Shown one piece after another: positions 11,919-23,638 of a stretch of DNA of 64,000 nucleotides. The number at the start of each line of letters is the position of its first letter. Position 1 is the stretch's first letter. Source of the DNA: Octopus vulgaris (Eukaryota). Under the pieces are notes generated by a model, which worked only from the letters and a program-made list of their open reading frames with translations, did not search any database and was not told the origin of the DNA. The stretch spans positions 105,834,001 through 105,898,000 of the forward strand of contig OX597816.1 of assembly GCA_951406725.2 (NCBI GenBank). The letters run 5' to 3'. The position numbers were made by a program, and so were the translations under genes.

Positions 11919-13830
11919 CTAGCTGAATGACCCAGCATTGCCCGGGTTATTGCTGTTCTTATTAAGATTAGTAAACAATAAATATAAAGATATATTCTCA
12001 TAATGATTTCAAAATACCTATAGTTCATTAAAAAATATCCAAATTGTAGTAATGATAATAGAATTTTGAATGGAAAATCTGTCAATGTTGAAGAACCTCA
12101 GGGTAAACAATATTCATTGTGTAATTTTTTGTTAGTGTTGAAATGAATAAATTGTTGCTGCTTCCAACTCGCAAGTAAGCAACACAGAGTTGGCCACAGG
12201 AATAGCATGTAGCAGAGACATCAAGTGTAATCACCTTGAGGGATTAACCCTGAGATTTGTTAATTGAAATAGCAAAATTTAGTTTCACTGGAAACTGAAG
12301 CATCTTAAATTCAAATGGAACATCTGTAGGTATGAGAGGACTTTTTGGAATAAAGACATTTTTTCCTTTGTGACAACCTGTTATGTTGTTGCCAGTAGAA
12401 CATGGGGTTTCACGGACGTAACAATTAAGCGAGTTCTGTTACACAGGTGAGATGGGTCAAGATTACTAAGCAACATAATGGGAGCACCCAATTTTAGTGT
12501 CAAGTTATGTGATGGCATCCCAGTGGGTTTAAGTGTATTCAGAAATTCAACAAACCTAATCTTGATCAATTGTTGTCAATTGATCGAAGTCATTTCTGAT
12601 GTATCTGTTAACTTTTGAAGAAGTTTATGATTGAGTTTATCAACCATTTCATTAGTTGGAGCTAGTATTGCTGTTTCACATAGCCAGTTTACATCAATGT
12701 AATTGATAGATAAATTAGGAAATACTTTATCCATTAGATCCCTAAGAGAAAGTATCATTTGACTGCATATAATTTCATGCAGCTGAAGTCTTGAGTTGAA
12801 TGTTAATATCCCATTACCAATCTTAAGAAGCTCATATGATTACCTTGTAGCAGTACTTTAGCATTGCTTGTAAGATGAAGTTTTTTCAAAGGAACGATTT
12901 TTTGAAGTATGCCTTGACCTCCTCAGCTTTAGATCCTTTGGGGGATAACTGGCAACATTTGATGAAAATCTCCTGCAAGAAGAATTGTTATTCCTTCCAT
13001 GAGCTATTGTTTTTTATGTCTTGAAAGGTATGGTCAAGTACCTCTGGAGTTCCATGATAGTGCACTCATCCCAAACAATGAGGCAAGTTTGTTGGAGAAC
13101 TGTTGCCATCGAAGAGTTTTTGGAAATGTTGCAAATTTGAGATTCTTCCATTGCAAAGTTTAGAAGAAGCTTGAACATGGAATGAACAGTTCTTCCCTCA
13201 TTGAGGAAGGTAGCTGCAACACCAGAAGATGCAACACTGAAAGAAGGTTAGATTTTATTTCCGCCTATTTAGAATTGCAGGTGAAAGTGACAAAAAGATT
13301 TGGTTTTCCATGTTCTGACATATGTCATAGCATCTTGTGTTCATTCATGGATATCTTGAGGACCACCTGTGAATGATGATGGGAGGATTATAAGTTGTCC
13401 CATGTTTAAATATCACCATCTATCCTCAGAGCATATTGGAGATGAATATAATTTTTAACCCTTAATCATTTTTGGTCATTACGAATGTAGAGATATTCAC
13501 TCTCAACTTTAGCATACATATCAACCAGGTATTGCTGAAATAGGTCATGATACATGCGTAACATCAGTTGATAAGAATAGAAGTCATTTGTCAACACCTT
13601 TTTATTTGTAATTGGCTCTCCCATTACAGGTTCAATCTGTGGAATAGTGAAATGATACCTATCTTGTCCATTCCACAGAATAAGAGGATACTGAAGAGCA
13701 TCATAAGAGGGATAAGTCTCTGAAACATGTTTTAAAGTTGCTATCTCAAGCACGAATGAGAATATCCCGATTTCTATGGAGATCACCTACCATAAGGATG
13801 GCTACTTCATTAGATGTAGGCTCATTTAAA
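11919..13830 (-). mobile_element. Decayed, internally deleted Helitron (RepHel pseudogene)
   Basis: 3' hairpin plus CTAG at 11919-11947. PIF1 helicase remnants: VASSGVAATFL, CLIVWDECT, AGDFHQMLPV, AILAPTNE, PSHNLTLKLGAPIMLLSNLDP..LCNRTRL, FPVKLNFAISINKSQG. Rep-region remnants: SYDALQYPL, LFQQYLVDMYAKVESE, FTGGP..TQDAMTYVR. Many stops and frameshifts. Confidence 0.9.
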
Positions 13831-15129
13831 AATTACGTAAAATGTCCTTTACTATAGTTTACTATAGACATAACAAATGTGGAAACACACACGCACACAC
13901 ACACACACACACACACATAGACACTGATAGAATTGATACTATTGAAGACAGCAAAACATACACAACGGAGTTCAAGCAAAATGAAATGTCAATATAGGTA
14001 CAAAACATACTTTCTGTAGTATAGTTATGCTATAAAAAATTTTTTTAGGGAATATTTCCAAAAGAAACATTCCAGCATCGGAAAGTTACCAATCTAGCAA
14101 AAATTACCAATGCAATAAAGTAAAGAAAGTCAACATTTATTTGGAACATGTACTAAATGTTATAAAGTTCAGGACTGAATGTCATGGTGAAGAAAGTCAA
14201 GCTCCAAGAAAATTCAGAAGGCATAATTCAATTTTTCATACAAAAATAATTTATTATTTTACAATTTTTAAACAGATACTGAACAAAGTTGTTGTTGTGA
14301 ACATTAATTAATTTAAAACATTTGCTGAAAGATGTATGTAGCATAGCAAGATAAATTAATTTGACATCACTTACTATATATTTTAACTGTGTAAGGTTAT
14401 AGGCTGTAACTAACACAGTAAAATGGTTGTATGGTGTTGAATACTAATACTGATAAAGCAGCATAGCAGGAATATGATAAGGATGTTAGGACTGTTAAAA
14501 AAGCATTACCTTCAAACTAGTTATAAGGACCAGAATAACATTTCTGTAATTATATTGAAAGGGTCACTAAGGCTTTTTACTTCACCAATTTTCTGAATTT
14601 GTCATAATAACCAGAATAACATTTTTTTTTTTCAGATATATTTGCAAATGTTGTGAGAGCTGTCAAATCAGCCAATTCTTTATGTTGGTTATAAAAACCA
14701 GAATAATATTTCAGCACATAAGTAGTGATAATTGCTAATGCTGTTTAAATTGCAACTCTCCATGATGGAAAGGAAAATCCAAACAGTGGTACTTCAAAGT
14801 GAATACTGTTGTTCGTTTAACATCCAGGTCGCAACCAAAACTAAACTCTTTCAAGATCGACATGTTTCACTATTGGGCAGTTCAGTTACATACATATACA
14901 AAGACAGACATACATTCATGCACGGCTCAGGCCTATCTCAGTCCCTCTGTGTGTCTGTTGCTGTCTTTAGATGTGTGTATGTGTGTGTGTCAGTCGTCAC
15001 AAAAATGTATGTATACTGACACACACATATGCTTCTCAGTCATCAGCTTAATGTATGTACGAACATGCAAACACACATACACTGACAGAGACATACACAT
15101 TTATATAGAAAATGTGACATCGTGGTGGT

Positions 15130-15268
15130 GTTAGTGTAAAATGCTGCTTTCCATGCTAGCATGGGTTGGATGGTTCAATCGGGATCTGGGAATCCAGGAA
15201 GCTGCACCACGCTCCAGTCTGATCTGGCAGTATTTCTACAGCTGGATGCCTTTCCTAACGCCAACCAC
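15130..15268 (-). mobile_element. RTE LINE 3' tail fragment
   Basis: ctttccatgctagcatgggttggatgg...ctacagctggatgcctttcctaacgccaacca. Confidence 0.8.
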
Positions 15269-15283
15269 AGGTATGTGTTTTTA

Positions 15284-15717
15284 GGATCTTTTCGGCTTGA
15301 ACGGAAGTTTTTAACATAATTTCTAGTTAACTAAAAAAATTTTATGCTTCGTATACTGGTAGAATGTGTTTATAAAACATCTTTTTCTCTTGGCTTTATT
15401 GAGAAAATTCTACAGTTTGTAAGATATTTGGTCTTTAATTTCTTGCATTTCAGCAATTTCAACCAATCAATGACCGTCTATTGAGGTGAAAACATTCTGT
15501 GCCATATGAATATGTCCCTCGTTTAAGAAACAGATTGGGTTTATTTACATTTCTGAAGAAAAATAGATACCCTTCCCCCCACCCCTAACCCTAACCCTAA
15601 CTAACACTAACCCTAAAACACATTGAAATGCAATAGATCGATACTAGGGTCATAATTATGGGTGACAATTTCATATGACACTGCTAGAAAAAATTGCCGT
15701 TCAAACCGAAAAGATCT
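15284..15717. mobile_element. MITE with ~27-bp TIRs, TTTTA target duplication and internal (CCCTAA)n
   Basis: ggatcttttcggcttgaacggaagtttt ... aaattgccgttcaaaccgaaaagatct; tttta on both sides; the empty site is preserved in inverted form at 16584-16638. Confidence 0.85.
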
Positions 15718-16261
15718 TTTTATACTTACACACATATGAGGATAAGTTATTAATTGCACTTACTGACAAGAAAATTAGTTGCATGCACATCAGCAGATTT
15801 GGGCTCCATTTAGTTGCAGCTATAATTAAATGGGTGGTTTGCTAGAATCTTTGAAGTGGTCTGAAATCTTGCTAAATAATGAAATTGACACATGGAAAAA
15901 GACAATATTCATCCAGAAGAGTTGGTGTAACAGGTGGTGAGAGAAATGGTTGATAGTGTAATATAAGTTAAGCTTTCATCATTGAATGCTTTCATTCTTT
16001 ATTGTAGTCTAATATATGTAAACTTTTTTATTTTAATTTTCTAATGATATGTTTGAAGTAATTAATGATAATGAATAATATCAGTGGTGATAATGTCATT
16101 GAATTTCCTTTAAAAACGAATAAGTGAAATAAAATGCTTCCACATTAATGTATGCCTTCATTTAATTTTTCATCTGCAACAATGTTAAAGAATTTAGTTG
16201 TTTTATAAACCATATATACCACCATTTCTAATATATATAAAAGAAATGGGAAAACAAGGTT

Positions 16262-16788
16262 ACACCCCTATGCCAGGGCTGTAACCAGCCCACTTATGCG
16301 TACCATTCCTTCATTGGACACTAAACTCTGCTTGCAAAGACCTGTTGAGGCAAGTGAAATCAAAATCAAATTCGATGACTGGCTTCCATGCCGGTGGCAC
16401 GTAAAAGCACCATTTGAGCATGATTGTTACCAGCATAGCCTTACTGGCACTTGTGCCGGTGGTACGTGAAAAAACATTCGAGCAAGGTCATTGCCAGTGC
16501 TGCTGGACTGGCTCCTGTGCAGGTGGCACATAAAAAACACCATTTGAGCATGTCTGTTGCCAGTACCGCATGACTGGCCCTCATAAGTGCAATTAATAAC
16601 TTATCCTCATATGTGTGTAAGTATAAAAGCACATACCTTTGGTTGGCGTTAGGAAGGGCATCCAGCTGTAGAAACTCAGCCAGATCAGATTGGAGTTTGG
16701 TGCAGCCATCTGGTTTTCCAGTCCTCAGTCAAATCATCCAACCCATGCTAGCATGGAAAGCGGACGTTAAACGATGATGATGATGATG
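16262..16788 (+). mobile_element. RTE LINE 3' UTR copy with a 55-bp foreign insert
   Basis: Subrepeats gccggtggcacgtaaaagcac; terminal ccatgctagcatggaaagcggacgttaaacgatgatgatg; insert at 16584-16638. Confidence 0.85.
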
Positions 16789-17284
16789 ATATACATATAT
16801 CTATATACATATATATATGTACATATAGATATCATCACAGAAATATATATATACATTCATTTATATACATATATATACATACATATATATATATACACAT
16901 ACATATATATATATACATATATATATACATATATATACATATATTATCCCTTAGAGAGTTTAAACACCTCTAACTTATACCTTATATACATATGCATATA
17001 TATGTATACATATATATATATATATATGTTTAAAGTATAATGTATCTATAGAACTCCATCATCTTGTACATAAATATGACCTGATGTCTTCAAGATAATA
17101 GGGTTTGATTTCAGATTTGGCTACTATTTTCAGCAGATCAAAGGACAACACAGAATGTTTGAACTGGGCAATATCTCATATATTTTCAGACAAGACTACT
17201 TTTAAGACAGCTGTAGATTATTATAGAATCCTTTGGAAAGTAACAGATTTAAGAAGATTAAAAGCTTACCTGTACAGTGACCAG

Positions 17285-17495
17285 CCACGTAGCAGACTCA
17301 GAAAATGTATTATCAACTCCTTAAATCTACCAATCAGTGAAACCATAATTTCAAATCTGACTTTGAATTTCTTAGAGTTAACCAGAACTTATTTTCCAGC
17401 ATGCTATAAATATCATAAGCTATTCAATAAAAATACTACAAAAGTCAATGGTAGCTGCACAACAAATGTCAGTAATATCATAAAAGCAAACTCTG
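17285..17495 (+). mobile_element. Penelope-like element fragment (RT C-terminus/linker)
   Basis: SNLTLNFLELTRTYFPACYKYHKLFNKNTTKVNGSCTTNVSNIIKA resembles the PLE motif TNIG..FL.LIDKHFP..HK.HKIFNRNT.KVSYSC.PN...II. Confidence 0.65.
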
Positions 17496-17902
17496 CAGAT
17501 ATAATAAGAATAATATACACACATATGGATACACTGACTCACTCACTCTCTCTCTCTCTCCCACACAGACATTTACATAAACATGTATGCATACATACAT
17601 ACATATACATATGTATATATATATATATATATATATACAAATACATATATGTATATATACACATACACAAATACATAAATGTACACACACAAATATACAC
17701 ATATATATATATCATCATTATCATGTCATGTATTATATGTGTGAATGTAAATGTGTATATATATATATATATATATAGAAAATAGTAAAGAGTGAAAAAA
17801 CTACAGAAGGCTTAAATGTTAAAAAATATATATATTTGCGTCAATATGTCTGAAGAATATTAGAAATTTTTTTTTTTTTTCTCTTATAATGACATAATTT
17901 AA

Positions 17903-17941
17903 AAGAAAGACCGGTTTCGCGTGTAGCTTTTCAAATTTCTT
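17903..17941 (-). ncRNA. Putative minimal type-I hammerhead ribozyme (U3:A8 variant)
   Basis: Minus strand AAGAAA-U-UUGAAAA-GC(UACAC)GC-GAAA-CCGG-UC-UUUCUU: stem I, core, 2-bp stem II, GAAA, palindromic stem III, GUC site. Confidence 0.6.
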
Positions 17942-17975
17942 GCGACGTTATGTTTATGTATAAACATAACGTCGC

Positions 17976-18014
17976 AAGAAATTTGAAAAGCTACACGCGA
18001 AACCAGTCTTTCTT
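17976..18014 (+). ncRNA. Second copy of the putative hammerhead (stem III CCGG>CCAG)
   Basis: aagaaa t ttgaaaa gc tacac gc gaaa ccag tc tttctt. Confidence 0.5.
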
Positions 18015-18164
18015 TTAAATTATGTCATTATAAGAGAAAAATTTTTTTTTTAATTTTCTAATATTCTTCAGACATATTGACGCAAATATATATATTTTTT
18101 AACATTTAAGCCTTTACTATTTTCTATATATTCACCCACGTGCTTTCACAAACCAACTTTCTTA

Positions 18165-18203
<39 letters not shown>

Positions 18204-18819
18204 CACTTCTCAAGTCCCATGAAGATAACATTTAGACTTTGAGTCACTGTAACTTCTGCGATTAGTGGGTTCTATTTATCTTGTTTGTTGTACCAAACAA
18301 ACACACACACACACTCACACACACAACTGATCTACCGAGCTCACTAAATTAGCATAAGAGTGGCTGAGTATACTAGAGAAACCCTTTATGCACTTCTCAA
18401 GTGAAATCAGTGTCAATGTATCAAGGTTCGACCTTTGAGTTAGACACAATCTCTCTGACAGGCTTCCACACATTAGCCATCTACCCAATTTCACTCACTG
18501 GCTAAGGGCCAACCCACAGCTATAGAAAATGATGCTTATCAAAGATGCCATGCACTAAAATCAAAAGTGTTAAAGGCATCAACTACATTTGTATGGATAT
18601 ATGATACAAATATACTCCCTCTCTATCTTTTTTCTCTCTCTCTCTCTCTCTCTCTGAGAGGCGAAAGTTTTGAAGAATGATATATACTAACAGTTAAGAA
18701 AATCTATGGAAGAAAGTTTGTGGTTAATTCCTAGAAAGTTAAATCTTAAAGCAGCGATGAAAAAAGATTGAGACAAGTGACAATGTATTCTATAGCAGAC
18801 CCATTATCATTGTTGTTGT

Positions 18820-19252
18820 CAAGGCAGTGAGCTAACAGAATCATTAGCATGCTGGTCAAGATCTTTAGTGGCTTTACGTCCATCTTCATGTTCTTGGTTC
18901 AAACTTTGTCTTTCATCCAAAAGGGGTTGATAAAATAATTAACAGTTGAGCACTGGCATCAATATAATCATCTATCCCCCTTCCCACAAAACATCAGGCC
19001 TTGTGCTTATAGAAGAAAAAATTATCTTCATCACTGTTATTAAGGCAGTGAATGCCAAATCGTTACTGTGCCAGAAGAAATGTTTAGTTTTCTTCCAACT
19101 TTACATTCTGAATTCAAATCCCACTGATGTTCGACTTTGCCTTTCTTCCTTCTGGAGTTAGCAAAATATGTACCAGCTGAGTACTAGGGCTGATGTAATT
19201 GACTTTCCTTTCCCCTGAAAAAACTGTAGGTCCTATGCCAAAATTTGAGACC
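18820..19252 (+). mobile_element. Two tandem diverged SINE-A copies
   Basis: aaggcagtgagctaacagaatcattagcatg... at ~18820 and aaggcagtgaatgcc...ttctgaattcaaatccc at ~19042. Confidence 0.6.
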
Positions 19253-22034
19253 TTTATTATTATTATTATTGATGATGAAGATGGCAAGAGAAGGAGATCT
19301 ATTAAAACTACTGATATTAATTTTATGCAGTAAACTCAAGTGGTATGATTCAAATATTCACCATGTTTAGCAAGCCCCAAACAAACTAAGTCATTGTAAA
19401 AACTAAAGAATTTATCAATAGAAAGTTTTCAGGAATTCAGTGACATTAACAAAGAGGGTGAAAAAAGCAAAATTCTTCATTCAGACTGTAAGCAATAATT
19501 AGAAAGATATTCAATAAAGCAAAATTTATTCTATGAATGCCTTTTGAAATGATATGCAGGAAAAAAGTAGGAGAATGACTCCATAGATTATAGAGTTGTC
19601 ATCTACAGGCAGTGTTTTGTTAAATCTTGAATACTAATTCAAGTCCAGCAACAAGAGGAATCATACTAGCAGTTGTACTCTTATCACTATGCACTACAAA
19701 GATCAAGTAACAGTAGTTAGACTAAAAAAATTGGAGAAGGAAGAAGCAGATATTATATATAGAATTATTTGAAGTAAATGTTGTAATTAATATAGAAGCT
19801 GATGAAGCTAAGAATAGTTGAATAATGTTTTGAATAGCTGGTGTTTGACATCAAAGAATGTTACTGCGCAAAAAAGAATATAAAACAATTTGCCAGAAGA
19901 ATACTTAATAGAATTAGTAGACCAATAAACAAAATAACTTCTCATATTTTATCATGTATCTTTACATTCTTCATAGTATCAGTCTAAATCTCATACAGGT
20001 TCCCTTTTTTGTCCTTCATTCAGAGATCAACAAAAATAAGCGACAGTTGATAAAATAAGAACTGGAGTTGATGCTAGTGAACTATAATCTAGATGGTAGT
20101 GCCCCAGCATGGTCACAGTTCAATCACTGAAATCAGTAAAAGAATATAGATATTTTCTGGCTTAGAGAAGAAAGAGCAGTGCTTATAACCTATGCAAAGC
20201 CTTTGATACTAGTTGGCAAGAGGAGAGGAAAACCATGAGGAATAGGTACAGTTCATCAGAGAGATCTCCATACAGTTTTTGCTTACCCAATTTCATCCAT
20301 AAATCTTTGATTGACTTTTTAGATTACAGTAGAAGATATTTGCCCCAAGGCTTTGCACAGTTTGATCTCAAACCCGAAACCAATTAATTATAAAATGAAC
20401 TTCTTAATATGATGGCCATGCTTGCATCCACATAACAGAATCAGATGAGAACTGAGTCAAAAGTTCATTAGATCATAAGCAGCTTTAGTTTAACACAACC
20501 AAGAAAATAATAAACCTTAGCAAAAGCAATAAACAAAATAGCCTTTCATTATTGACTTTTAAATTATTTCCTTCCAAAATTGCATGAAAGAATCTAATAA
20601 CATGAAAATACATGATGAAAAATCCATACCTGAATGAGTCAATTAATAAAATGAGAGAATCTTTCTCATGGTGTATGCTTTGTGTATCATGAGTTTAATA
20701 TCATCTAACACTGATTTTCATCAAAAGATTATGTGGACCCAATAGTAACATAGACTAAAATGACTGAAAGGATGTGGTTTGGGACAGGACCTGAGTAATT
20801 TGATTGTCTTGTGAACTGAGGCAATGTAGAGTGTAATATTCAGTCCAGATATACAACCAGATGTCAGTCAAGCCAATGAGAAAGAATCTAAATGATTGCT
20901 AGACCTGCTAAAAATCGTAACCAAATATCATTCAACTAACACTCTTCTATCTTAATAAAATTTAAAACATGAGTCAACACAGTCCTAGATATATCAAAAG
21001 ACATGTTGGTCATAATTAGAATTCCTTGCTTGGTCTGGAATGACTTGAGACTTCACAACAACTGCAAAACATGCCAGTAATTCAGTTTTATAACCCATGA
21101 AGTAGAGTGAAATACATTAACCTGGCACCTCACACTCATAAGTAAAAGAACTCTTGTAAATTAATGCCATAATAAAATGCACCTTGTAAATTATATATAG
21201 GCTGGTATTATGAAGGGTGTCCAGAACAGTAATAAACAAGTGAAAGATGAATATATAGTATCTGTGTGTATTTGGCTAGGAAAAAGTTTTTTTTAAATGA
21301 CCATCCTGAAATATAACAATCTCTGTTTCAACACATGACTTCACATCAGGAATCTTGCAAAACAAATTCATAAACATAAAATTTTCCAGTTCAAATACCT
21401 CTAAAGAAATTATGCAGGTCAGATCATGATTTTAATATAGTGGGGTTTCATTCATAATTCATACAATTAGAATTTTATCAATCAAAGTGTTTATTTTTCT
21501 GTAGGTAATAAGAATTAATTGCCGGGTTGTGTATGTTGAGCAGTAAGTGAAGAAGGGCTAAATAATACACTGGAGAACATACAAATTAATTCTTTTAAAG
21601 AATGGTCATTTTAATATTTCTCTAAAATGAATTTAGAATCTGATTTATTTGTGGTGTGTTCCTTTTAAGAGAAAACACCACAAGTAAATGAGGCCCAACT
21701 TGATTGAAATTATGATCCTTTGGTTGTCACACCTGAATATTCTCTCTCAAAATTATGATAGTAATACTATTTTAGAACAAAACTGAATCTACTTTTTTTT
21801 AATAGAATTAAATAATTCACATGTTCCACAGTGTTACGCAAATTGTTTTCCCATATAATAACAGAAAAAAACATACTGCAGAAGATCAAGAAAATCTACA
21901 AAGTACTGATTACAAAAAAGCAAAGACTCTAAAATTATAAGAAAAGGAGTAAGGGGCAATAGGATGCATGGGATATACATATTTTTTCTTCTTAAGGGAC
22001 TAGCACTGCTAGTGAAGAACACTTCATCTGGATG

Positions 22035-22245
22035 TCAAATTTTGGCTCAAGCTCAGCAATTTCAGGGAAGGAGGTAAGTCAATTACATCAAACCCACTAA
22101 TCAACTGGTACCTATTTTATTAACCCTGAAAGGATGAAATGCAAAGCTGACCATAGCAGAATTTGAACTCAGCACATGAAGACAGATGAAATGCCACTAA
22201 ATATTTTGCTCAGCATGTTAACAATTTTACCAGCTCATTGCCTTA
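22035..22245 (-). mobile_element. SINE family A
   Basis: ccctgaaaggatgaaatgcaaagctgacc...gaatttgaactcag...accagctcattgccttaa, the reverse complement of the family A head. Confidence 0.65.
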
Positions 22246-23304
22246 AGAACACTTATTATTTTATTATTCATTATTAGTGCTGTCATCTTTACTTATGCCA
22301 CAGTCTTGGCATTGATGTCTGTTAATTCCCCTTCAACAGTAGTTATCCAATGTAAGGTTAAAAAACTTTTGCTATTGACTAAAAGCAAAGACAATACAAA
22401 TGAGTAATGTCAATGATCTCAGCCAAGTTATTCAAAACGGTAATTTTTATCAAATACAATATTCTTGACAATGAATGAGAATAGAGCAGAGGATTAACTT
22501 TGTTGATGATGATATTTTCATGATGGTGATATTTGGTGACAACAGAAATTATGTTAATGTATTTTAATTTAATTAAATCATTGATGATAAATTCAAAAGA
22601 CTGATCTTCTATTTTATTCTTTACAAATCAGATACACACATTATTTAAGAAATTAAGTGTTTACTTCAAATCTACTACTTCAACAAGAAAGCTGTCTGAA
22701 TCCTAATTGAAATTGACCACTCATGTATCACTTGAAAATTAGTTATGGATAGTGTCAAGGGCTTCAGGATATTATTTAAACTATTCTATATAAACATGAA
22801 TCACAGCTAGTCTTCTGTATTTAAAATTAAATCTCACTTTAGACAATCTAATCTTCGTGTTTCCATTATATTCATAATTTTCCCACTTTGACTTTTACAC
22901 ATCTATGTTCAAAAATCAGTGTTTTATTTTAGCATTATCTAACTTATGTGGCTCAGAAAGACTTTGATGAAAGTGAGACTATTATCCTAAATAATAGTAA
23001 AGCTTGTGACAGGCCTGATAGTCTATTGAGAAAACTTTTTACATGGAACTAAAACTGATCTTTTCTGTCAGAAAGTGTCTTATTTGCTATTCCATGTTTG
23101 TGTTGATTACACTTTTATTAATATCTATATCTGCATTTCTTTTTAGTCTGAAATAGTTTGCTTCTTTTTATGACTGAACTTCTTCCTACCACTTGCAACT
23201 CTATCAGACACTAATAACATTACCTTATAACTCACTCTATCCTTTCTGTCCCATACAGTGTCAGTATCTTAGGGATTCCTGAATATCAACAGTGTTATGT
23301 ATTA

Positions 23305-23638
23305 ATCACCATCATCATTTAATGTCCATTTTCCAGACTAGCATGCATCGGACGGTTTGATTGGAGCTGTCCGCTTTCACATAGTTTCTGGATCTGGATG
23401 CCTTACCCAATGCCGATAAATTATAGAGTGTATTGCAAAGAATACTCACTTTCATCATGTGGCACCAGCACTAGCGAGGTCACTGAGTAACTTGCAAGAC
23501 AAGACCCCTTGACTGAGGGTGGGGGAGTATTACTGGGGGAGGTGGCTTTATGTTAAAATACAGGAAATGTTAAACATATACTTGGTCCAACCCATGCTAG
23601 CATGGAGAACGGACGCTAAATGATGATGATGATGATGA
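23305..23638. mobile_element. Two RTE 3'-tail fragments in opposite orientation
   Basis: Minus copy catcatcatttaatgtccattttccagactagcatg at ~23310; plus copy gtccaacccatgctagcatggagaacggacgctaaatgatgatg at 23586-23638. Confidence 0.65.

Larger units (their letters stand above)
17807..18113. repeat. Near-perfect ~310-bp palindrome, probably an inverted Penelope terminal repeat
   Basis: Centre at 17958/17959 (tgcgacgttatgtttat GT ataaacataacgtcgca). Arms match except for a T/A-run and one CpG change; 17772-17790 also pairs with ~18112-18130. Confidence 0.92.

Noticed and set aside
12100-13260. Cellular PIF1 helicase gene
   Set aside because: Multiple stops and frameshifts, adjacent Rep remnants and a Helitron 3' terminus.
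15583-15615. True telomere or fusion site
   Set aside because: Only about five degenerate units, inside a TIR element.
17105-17785. 226-aa ORF as a host gene
   Set aside because: Chance fusion of a repeat-D remnant, a Penelope fragment and (TA/CA)n microsatellite; non-ATG start.
17844-17900. Additional hammerhead from ctgaagaatattagaaa in the palindrome arm
   Set aside because: CUGAAGA and GAAA are present, but no stem II and no stem III/UH arrangement can be formed.
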